Source of the DNA: Haloquadratum walsbyi C23 | GTDB lineage: Archaea; Halobacteriota; Halobacteria; Halobacteriales; Haloferacaceae | Length of the DNA stretch: 32,000 bases | Assembly: GCF_000237865.1 (NCBI RefSeq) | Contig: NC_017459.1 | Span: 960,001-992,000 of the forward strand | Reading direction: 5' to 3' | Part shown: in pieces, positions 25,499-32,000 of the stretch | How positions within the stretch are numbered: position 1 is the stretch's first letter | How the letters are laid out: each line of letters starts with the position of its first letter | Notes under the pieces: generated by a model | Told to the model about the DNA's origin: nothing | What the model saw: the letters and a program-made list of their open reading frames with translations, nothing else | Database searches by the model: none | Made by a program: the position numbers and the translations under genes

Positions 25499-26401
25499 GT
25501 GAGAATGAATAATATGGAATATCGGTACGCTGGTGACGCCAACGAAAAGTTGTTTGAGGCTTATCAGTCGGATACTGACCCGTACCCGACAAACGTCTCT
25601 GTTTGCTTTCCAGAGCGCGAGCATCGCCGTGGTGAAATATCTTATCTTCAGGAGCTATTTTTTCCAACCTGTTGGAACGCACCTGAACTGATTCGTGATG
25701 AATTAGCTATACTCGATACACTTGATGAACTTGGTAATCTCTTTCATGCGGGAATCTGCCCATATCCAGGCGTTAATGCCGATGAAGTCGTTACAAATGT
25801 TCTTGATACGCTTCCAGAGATACGAACATTACTCAAACGAGATGCTGAAGCTGCATACAAAGGTGACCCTGCTGCAAAAAGTTATACTGAAATCATCCGG
25901 TCATACCCTGGCTTCCTTGCAGTCGCAATGCAGCGAGTTGCACACATTATGTATCAGGAAGGCGCAGTTGAATATGCACGAGAGCTAACAGAATACGCAA
26001 AAACACAAACAGGGATTGATATTCACCCAGGTGCTGAAATTGGTGAATATTTTTTCATTGACCATGGAACAGGCGTTGTTATCGGTGAAACCGCAACTGT
26101 CGGTGATTGGGTGCGACTATATCAAGATGTAACCCTTGGGGCGCTTCATTTTGAACAAGAAGAGGGAGAGCAGCATGCACTGAAGAAGGGATATAAGCGA
26201 CATCCTGATATTGGCGCTCATGTTGTCATCGGAGCCGGAACTAAAGTTCTTGGTCCGGTGACTGTCGGAGATCATGTGAGTATCGGTGCCAACTCATGGG
26301 TCACTGACGATGTTCCAGATCACACGAAAGTATACATCACAAATCATCCGACTCAAGAACGGAAGCGGTATGAGGAAGGAAATGGTGCTCAAATAAATTG
26401 A
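25499..26401 (+). CDS. cysE: serine O-acetyltransferase (left-handed beta-helix, hexapeptide repeats)
   Basis: It contains DPAAKSYTEIIRSYPGFLAVAMQRVAH and TGIDIHPGAEIGEYFFIDHGTGVVIGETATVGDWVRLYQDVTLG ... KRHPDIGAHVVIGAG. The start may be Met 25514 (MEYRY...). Confidence 0.8.
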   Translation: MRMNNMEYRYAGDANEKLFEAYQSDTDPYPTNVSVCFPEREHRRGEISYLQELFFPTCWNAPELIRDELAILDTLDELGNLFHAGICPYPGVNADEVVTNVLDTLPEIRTLLKRDAEAAYKGDPAAKSYTEIIRSYPGFLAVAMQRVAHIMYQEGAVEYARELTEYAKTQTGIDIHPGAEIGEYFFIDHGTGVVIGETATVGDWVRLYQDVTLGALHFEQEEGEQHALKKGYKRHPDIGAHVVIGAGTKVLGPVTVGDHVSIGANSWVTDDVPDHTKVYITNHPTQERKRYEEGNGAQIN

Positions 26402-26512
26402 TATTAGCATACATTTGCGTATGATTATTCTCAATATGACAGACAAGAACGAAAATATCGGCGTCGGTTCATACGTCATGCATCGTCTTTCACAAACATC
26501 TGCCTTTCATCA

Positions 26513-28465
26513 TTGTATTTTATATCAGTGACAGATCAGAGTACCGATAATGGCGGCTTTAGCGATATTCGACAACATGTCGACGGGCACCCAATGACTA
26601 GCTTACTCGGGTACGCGCGTCCATACTGGCTCCGACTTCTGCTTGGTGTGCTCGCCGCAATTGGCACCCGTGGTGCCCGACTTGTCCCACCCATTATCAT
26701 TGCGACAACGATTGATCGCGTTGTGCTTGGAAGCGGTGATCCCGGATTATTATCTGATCTTGGGCTTTTTACTGCAGGGGAAATCACAGGTACCGCAGCG
26801 CGTATCGCCGTTCTTGAGCAACTTGTCGTCATCGCCGCACTGGCATATCTTATCCGCTCTATTACTCGTTTTGGATCGCGCTATCTGCTCCAGTCATCAG
26901 CGCAGAAAATCCAACGTGATCTTCGTAACGATACATATGATCACCTCCAACATCTCTCAATGGATTTCTTTGCATCACATCAAACTGGAGGGATGTTGTC
27001 AATTCTCAATAGTGATATCAACCGTCTTGAACAGTTTCTTAATACAGAGTTTCGACAACTTATTCGGGTTGTTGCAACTGTGAGTGGTATTGCGGTTGTT
27101 CTCTGGTATTATGCACCGACACTCGCACTCATTGCACTCGCACCCGTTCCGCTGATCGGTATTGCGAGTGCTGGGTTCCTCCAATGGATTGAGCCGCGGT
27201 ATAAATCGATTCGAGAAACAGTTTCACGGCTTAATACCCGACTTGAAAATAATCTTGGTGGTGTCGCTGTTGTCAAGGTATTCAATCGATATGCGTTTGA
27301 GCGTGACCGCGTTGCTGAACAGAGTCGTAGTTACCACGATGAGCAGGTTGCTGCACTCCGTATCCGTCGGGCGTTTTTCGCTGGTCTTCGGTTGCTTACC
27401 GGCATTGTGTTTGTTCTTGTGTTACTCATCGGTGGACGCTCGATAATCACCGCATCTACCAGCGAGCAAGCAGTCATCTCGACAGGTGCATTTGCAGCGT
27501 TCTTCCTATACCTTCGTCGACTTTACTCACCGATGCGACGAATCGGTCGATCTGCAAATAAATACCAACTTGCTAAATCAAGTGCTGAACGTGTCTTTGG
27601 ACTTCTTGGACAAACACCGACAGTTACTGAACCAGCAAACCCTGTTATCCCAGATAACATTGATGGACAAGTAACATTTGAAAATGTGCACTTCAGCTAC
27701 ACGGATCGTGAGTCAGTGCTTACAGACATCTCAATTGATGTCCCACCAGGAACAACAGTTGGACTTGCTGGCGCGACTGGAGCCGGGAAATCAACACTTG
27801 TGAAACTGGTCTCCCGGCTTCACGACGTGGATTCAGGAACAATTCGCATTGACGGTCGAGACATTCGCGAGTATGACCTCCAAGCGCTTCGTGATGAGAT
27901 TGCTGTTGTTGAGCAAAATCCATATTTATTCTCGGGGACAGTTGCTGAGAATATTGCATACGGTGACAGTGACGTTCTTGAATCCGAGCGTCAAGGATCA
28001 TCTTCACATCGTGACGCGGTTGTTGAAGCCGCAAAAGCAGCAGCTGCAGATGAATTCGTCTCTGCTCTCCCATCAGGGTATGACACGCAAATCGGTGAGC
28101 GCGGAATCAAGCTTTCAGGCGGTCAAAGACAGCGCGTCGCGATTGCTCGCGCGCTACTTAATGACCCATCAATTATCGTTTTTGACGAAGCAACAAGTGA
28201 TGTTGATACGGAGACAGAAGAGCAAATTAAACAGAGTATTGATCGGCTGATTGCAGACCGGACAGCATTTGTCATCGCTCACCGACTTTCAACAATCAGA
28301 GATGCTGATCGTGTTATCGTACTTGATGATGGCGAAATCATCGAGTCTGGAACACATGAGACACTTATTGAAGAATTCGGAGCGTATGCAGCACTGTGGG
28401 ATGCGCAAGTCGAAGCCAACACGGCTGACGATAGATCCCGCCCAGTTACAACGGAATCAGAGTGA
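26513..28465 (+). CDS. ABC exporter, fused transmembrane and ATP-binding domains (MsbA/MdlB type)
   Basis: It has six predicted TM helices followed by an NBD with Walker A GATGAGKST, signature LSGGQRQRVAIARA and Walker B IIVFDEATS. The start is probably the internal Met (MTSLLGYARPYW). Confidence 0.9.
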   Translation: MYFISVTDQSTDNGGFSDIRQHVDGHPMTSLLGYARPYWLRLLLGVLAAIGTRGARLVPPIIIATTIDRVVLGSGDPGLLSDLGLFTAGEITGTAARIAVLEQLVVIAALAYLIRSITRFGSRYLLQSSAQKIQRDLRNDTYDHLQHLSMDFFASHQTGGMLSILNSDINRLEQFLNTEFRQLIRVVATVSGIAVVLWYYAPTLALIALAPVPLIGIASAGFLQWIEPRYKSIRETVSRLNTRLENNLGGVAVVKVFNRYAFERDRVAEQSRSYHDEQVAALRIRRAFFAGLRLLTGIVFVLVLLIGGRSIITASTSEQAVISTGAFAAFFLYLRRLYSPMRRIGRSANKYQLAKSSAERVFGLLGQTPTVTEPANPVIPDNIDGQVTFENVHFSYTDRESVLTDISIDVPPGTTVGLAGATGAGKSTLVKLVSRLHDVDSGTIRIDGRDIREYDLQALRDEIAVVEQNPYLFSGTVAENIAYGDSDVLESERQGSSSHRDAVVEAAKAAAADEFVSALPSGYDTQIGERGIKLSGGQRQRVAIARALLNDPSIIVFDEATSDVDTETEEQIKQSIDRLIADRTAFVIAHRLSTIRDADRVIVLDDGEIIESGTHETLIEEFGAYAALWDAQVEANTADDRSRPVTTESE

Positions 28466-28486
28466 ACACTAGATGAGCTAGGCTAT

Positions 28487-29134
28487 TCATTCCAGCTTAT
28501 ATTTTCCTATTATCTCAGAGTTGAGATCGAATCTGCGTTTGGACATCCTCTTGCCTACTGCTTCCGATTCTGGCTTTGAGAGTTCGGTCAAGGAGTCAAT
28601 AACACTCTGTACGCCAAGCCAGTGCGTGATCATTCCATCATCTCTTCGAAGTGGAGTGATTGAAAGCCGGGTTCGAAATGGTACTCCATTATACCGATAA
28701 TTCCATAGCGTGACTGTTACGGGTTCCCAGATTTGGGTCGCTTCTCGGAGCGCGTTGATTGCTGAGGCCTCCGTCATCGGACCCTGGAGTATCCGAGGAT
28801 TCGATCCGCGGAGTTGCGATAGAGTATAGCCGGTTGTTTCTCGGAACGTTTGATTCGCATATCGAATTGGGTTATCCTCATATGCGGGTCCAGTGAGTGT
28901 AAGTCCAAATTGAATATTATCAAGAACCTGGAGTCGCCATCGCAGCATCATCTCACGTGCGCTAACGTTTTCACCGCTCTTTGATCTGATATTATCGACA
29001 TTATCTTGGAGAATTTCTTGATTTATGTTATCAAGATGACCTGCATCTATCAGATCTGAGAGAGTCCCCCGAAACTCCTGCTGATTGGACCTAATTGTAT
29101 CAATAAGCCGATTTCGAAGTACCGACTGCCGCAT
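28487..29134 (-). CDS. short LOV-type PAS domain protein lacking the adduct-forming cysteine; no output domain
   Basis: Residues ~70-180 align along their full length with phototropin-type LOV domains (DNPIRYANQTFRETTGYTLSQLRGSNPRILQGP...VTVTLWNYRYNGVPFRTRLSITPLRRDDGMITHWLGVQ). The canonical GRNCRFLQG motif reads GSNPRILQG, with the Pro codon at 28796-28798. Confidence 0.8.
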   Translation of the reverse strand: MRQSVLRNRLIDTIRSNQQEFRGTLSDLIDAGHLDNINQEILQDNVDNIRSKSGENVSAREMMLRWRLQVLDNIQFGLTLTGPAYEDNPIRYANQTFRETTGYTLSQLRGSNPRILQGPMTEASAINALREATQIWEPVTVTLWNYRYNGVPFRTRLSITPLRRDDGMITHWLGVQSVIDSLTELSKPESEAVGKRMSKRRFDLNSEIIGKYKLE

Positions 29135-29253
29135 AATTATGTACTTCGGTGGATTGAGGAAATTTTTATTACTATTGATGTTATCTTATATATGACAACA
29201 GACATTGTGATAAATACCGGGGGACTCAAACCGATTGACTTCATATTAACCCT

Positions 29254-29880
29254 ATGACAACGCAGAGTATATCACCGCTTCTTTCTGAGAAAGACCGAGC
29301 AAAACGAGATGCTCGATCTGATACTGCATTTTATGATACTCCACGATTTGTGACACATGCAGACGATGGATTTCTAACCCGACTCACTGATACATATTCA
29401 TCGGTCCTTTCACCTGATGACCGCATCTTCGATGCGATGAGCAGTTGGATCTCACACCTTCCAGATGATATTTCATATGATCATATCATTGGTCATGGGC
29501 TTAATGCAGCCGAACTCAGCGAAAATGAGATACTTGATGAATGGTTCTGCCAGGATTTAAATCAAAATCAAGTGCTTCCACTCCAAGACAATTCTGTTGA
29601 TGCTGTCACTTGTGCTCTTTCTGTGCAGTATCTTCAATATCCTGGTCGTGTGTTTGATGAGTTTGCTCGTGTGCTTGATGATGATGGTGTAGTTATCGTC
29701 AGCTTTAGCAATCGAATGTTTCCCACAAAAGCCGTTCGCGCATGGCAGGCAGGTTCAATGGACGAGCGACATGGTCTTGTGGACCAATACTGTACAGCAG
29801 GTGGCCTCACGACGACACAGCGAATTTCATGTCGTCCAGAGGCGGACCCGTTCCGCGCTACCGTTGCGCGGAATCAGTAG
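29254..29880 (+). CDS. class-I SAM-dependent methyltransferase-fold protein (type 11-like)
   Basis: It contains FYDTPRFVTHADDGFL ... MSSWISHLP ... LPLQDNSVDAVTCALSVQYLQYPGRVFDEFARVLDDDGVVIVSFSNRMF, a conserved methyltransferase-domain pattern. Confidence 0.65.
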   Translation: MTTQSISPLLSEKDRAKRDARSDTAFYDTPRFVTHADDGFLTRLTDTYSSVLSPDDRIFDAMSSWISHLPDDISYDHIIGHGLNAAELSENEILDEWFCQDLNQNQVLPLQDNSVDAVTCALSVQYLQYPGRVFDEFARVLDDDGVVIVSFSNRMFPTKAVRAWQAGSMDERHGLVDQYCTAGGLTTTQRISCRPEADPFRATVARNQ

Positions 29881-30084
29881 ATTCAGTCATACATAAAAAA
29901 ATTAAAACAAGAACGTCAGGGGATCATTATCGAAACATTCCGTACATGCACTGTCACCGAGTTGAGAATCAAACATATTTCTCAATATCGGGACACCGAT
30001 TGATCGACCGTTTAATATATTGGGTTCGTTCGAATGAATTACGTCATGAAACTGTCTATGAGTGCAGTGATTCATAAAGTAATT

Positions 30085-30567
30085 TTAAACGTCATTTTCA
30101 TTTGGCATATCGTGTGAATCTGACTCATCAACTTCGGAATCGGTGTTTTCTGTGTCTGTGGCTTCAACAGGAATCTCCTGACGTTGGCGAAGTGATACAA
30201 GCTGTTTTTCTGCTGCAGGTTTCAACGAGAAACTCCCGTTGATATCTGCTGGCTCACGACCGTGCACGACTCGACCAAATGGTCCGGATACGACAGGATA
30301 TAGACCTTCGAGTGTTTCCACCAGTGGTTTCGCAGCGTTATATTCTTCAAGAATACGTCGTATCGTCGCAGCGCCGACATAGATTGTTTCATCTTCGATG
30401 AGTGCGAATACAAATGGATGTGCATTAAATTGGGCTTCCAATATTTGCTGCACTGATTTGGACTCCCACCGAATTGGTCGAACATTAGAAAGACGGCATG
30501 TTACCGTCGCTGCAGCCGCACGAAACGCTGGGTTACTTCCGTCGTATACGAGCAGTGAGTCAGCCAC
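30085..30567 (-). CDS. hypothetical protein; possibly a DUF393/DCC-type thioredoxin-fold protein without the CxxC motif; acidic C-terminal tail
   Basis: LLVYDGSNPAFRAAA...IRWESKSVQQILEAQ...FALIEDETIYVGAATIRRIL resembles the layout of DCC thiol-disulfide oxidoreductases (YDGxCxxC...), but Cys-x2-Cys is replaced by SNPA. The family call is tentative; coding status is likely. Confidence 0.4.
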   Translation of the reverse strand: MADSLLVYDGSNPAFRAAAATVTCRLSNVRPIRWESKSVQQILEAQFNAHPFVFALIEDETIYVGAATIRRILEEYNAAKPLVETLEGLYPVVSGPFGRVVHGREPADINGSFSLKPAAEKQLVSLRQRQEIPVEATDTENTDSEVDESDSHDMPNENDV

Positions 30568-30721
30568 ATATTCTGTATATACGTAATACTTCTTAATGGT
30601 GAGGCTTTTATTTCCATATGCTGAATTTTGTGCGTCGATGATGGTACTGTTTCGATGGAGTGTCTCATACGGTTATACAGATATATGCAGATATATGTGA
30701 GTCCACTGTATTATATCATAT

Positions 30722-30892
30722 ATGCCAATACGGACTGATATTATCAACGGCATTGTTTCGACCGTGATTAGTGTCGTAGCAACAGTTGCGATGGCTGATA
30801 GTGATGATACATGGGATCTAAGTGATGTTGTCCTTGCAGTTGCTGTTTCGGCGTTTCTTTCTGGGTTCTTTACAAGTTACTTCGCCGAATGA
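30722..30892 (+). CDS. possible small membrane protein (56 aa)
   Basis: Hand translation gives MPIRTDIINGIVSTVISVVATVAMADSDDTWDLSDVVLAVAVSAFLSGFFTSYFAE, with two hydrophobic segments. It is below the ORF-track cutoff. Confidence 0.3.
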   Translation: MPIRTDIINGIVSTVISVVATVAMADSDDTWDLSDVVLAVAVSAFLSGFFTSYFAE

Positions 30893-30992
30893 TTATTATC
30901 TGATTTGACACATACGTATCAGAGTTATATTGAAATAGTACAGTAGTCATCCAGCTACATATACAGCGTCGGCACGTACAGTAGATATATTC

Positions 30993-31718
30993 ATGACTCA
31001 GCGATCAGGTCGCTTTCGAGTCTACCGTGTTGTTCCATCAGTGCCACATCTCAATCTGCAAGCAGTTGACGAGCTAACGCTCTATACGGTCTATGAGTCA
31101 GGATATGAAACGATACAGGAGTCAGTTGACACACTTCGGACTGGCGATTTAATCGAGGCAACGATTTCAGGTGACCCAGCAGATGATGCAGAGGCGTGGC
31201 GGTTGACAGCGATTGATCGCATTGGTGGCGTGCGTATGGACTTTGCAGTCAATGCAACGCTTCCAGCAGTCGCTAATACCTGCTGGGAATCCGGTCAGTC
31301 CGAACCACGGTGTGTGACACTCGCCAATCAGGATGACACTCAGTCAAATTCTGGTCCCGACGGTGGCTTTGAGTCATCGACAGACACTGACTCGGCACCC
31401 CCCATTGGGGCTTGCTGTGTCCAACCTCGAGCGGGGCTTCCTGATGGTGCATTCATTCCAAATATTCTCACTGGCACGCTTCCGCTTGAATCAGTGTTAC
31501 AGTCTGTGCCTGGGACTGATGATCCGGCTGTCACCGCATTATTCATTGATCCCGCCCGCCCAAGCGCCGACAACTATGAGATACCATTTGGCGTTGTTCT
31601 GTTATTCACCCAGTCTGATACGGATCTTCGAAAGCGACTTTATCAGCAGTATGACTGCCCAACTGAGCCTGATTCTGACATCGATACCCGACCATCATTT
31701 GATCCATATGCGATGTAA
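30993..31718 (+). CDS. hypothetical acidic protein (241 aa)
   Basis: It is a long ORF with haloarchaeal acidic composition. No family was recognised. Confidence 0.55.
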   Translation: MTQRSGRFRVYRVVPSVPHLNLQAVDELTLYTVYESGYETIQESVDTLRTGDLIEATISGDPADDAEAWRLTAIDRIGGVRMDFAVNATLPAVANTCWESGQSEPRCVTLANQDDTQSNSGPDGGFESSTDTDSAPPIGACCVQPRAGLPDGAFIPNILTGTLPLESVLQSVPGTDDPAVTALFIDPARPSADNYEIPFGVVLLFTQSDTDLRKRLYQQYDCPTEPDSDIDTRPSFDPYAM

Positions 31719-31777
31719 TCAACCTGATTATAATTTTCTGCCAGGCAAATTAATATCATTCAAGCCATAGCTATCAT

Positions 31778-32000
31778 ATGAATAAGAAAGCTGTACAACG
31801 TGCATGGGAGGATATCGCCGAGACGTACGCACAACGTCGTGATCCAAACGGTTCTGATGCAGACCTTGTTTTTGATCTTCAATCAATGGTCGGTCAGGAT
31901 GCGACTATTCTTGATGTTGGATGTGGTGATGGAGCGCGAACGCTAGATAATCTCTCTGAGTCAGGCACTAACGTTGGGCTTGATATCGCTCGACAAAATC
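31778..32000 (+). CDS. SAM-dependent methyltransferase, N-terminal part; the 3' end lies outside the window
   Basis: The ORF starts at ATG 31778. The translation MNKKAVQRAWEDIAETYAQRRDP...ATILDVGCGDGARTL contains methyltransferase motif I (ILDVGCGDG). Confidence 0.75.
   Translation, partial: MNKKAVQRAWEDIAETYAQRRDPNGSDADLVFDLQSMVGQDATILDVGCGDGARTLDNLSESGTNVGLDIARQN

Noticed and set aside
29742-30077. The 111-aa plus-strand ORF running out of the 3' end of the methyltransferase gene.
   Set aside because: It is out of frame with a supported gene, then runs through an AT-rich spacer. Its composition is basic and Cys/His-rich, and no motif is present.
1-32000. A search by eye for CRISPR arrays, tRNA/rRNA genes and gvpD/gvpE homologues.
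   Set aside because: I found no regularly spaced direct repeats, no cloverleaf-capable GC-rich 70-90-nt segments, and no ORFs with GvpD P-loop or GvpE leucine-zipper features. Absence by eye is not proof and should be confirmed with tRNAscan, Infernal and tblastn.

Overview
This looks like a haloarchaeal chromosome segment. The predicted proteins are strongly acidic, a complete gas-vesicle (gvp) cluster is present, and overall G+C is low with very AT-rich spacers. By inference this fits Haloquadratum walsbyi best. No database search was possible. Contents from left to right: a partial UspA gene; a BCCT osmolyte transporter; an intact Tn5-like IS4-family insertion sequence with a 10-bp target duplication; copy A of a GC-rich non-coding structured repeat; a membrane protein plus fused folC-folP (folCP); formate-tetrahydrofolate ligase (fhs); a decayed tnpB 3' remnant; a RidA-family protein. 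Next comes a 10-kb gvp cluster entirely on the minus strand, in the order gvpA-C-N-O, then an insert, then gvpF-G-H-I-J-K-L-M. It has no gvpD or gvpE. The insert holds an orphan ParA/MinD-type ATPase gene and a degenerate IS200/IS605 element whose tnpA is itself split by a 254-bp MITE related to the Tn5-like IS. After the cluster come copy B of the GC-rich repeat, pabA-pabB, cysE, an ABC exporter, a short LOV-type PAS protein lacking the photoactive cysteine, two SAM methyltransferases and several hypothetical proteins. No tRNA, rRNA or CRISPR array was recognised. The items most worth follow-up are: (1) the repeat family at 5049-5516, 22399-23060 and the 47-bp mini version at 16318-16364, which shows compensatory stem changes and shared ...GGAGGATGTCAA termini, and may be an ORF-less IS200/IS605-derived (PATE-like) element or guide-RNA scaffold; (2) the ParA-type ATPase embedded in the gvp cluster; (3) the Ros/MucR-like zinc finger at the GvpC C-terminus; (4) the cysteine-less LOV protein.
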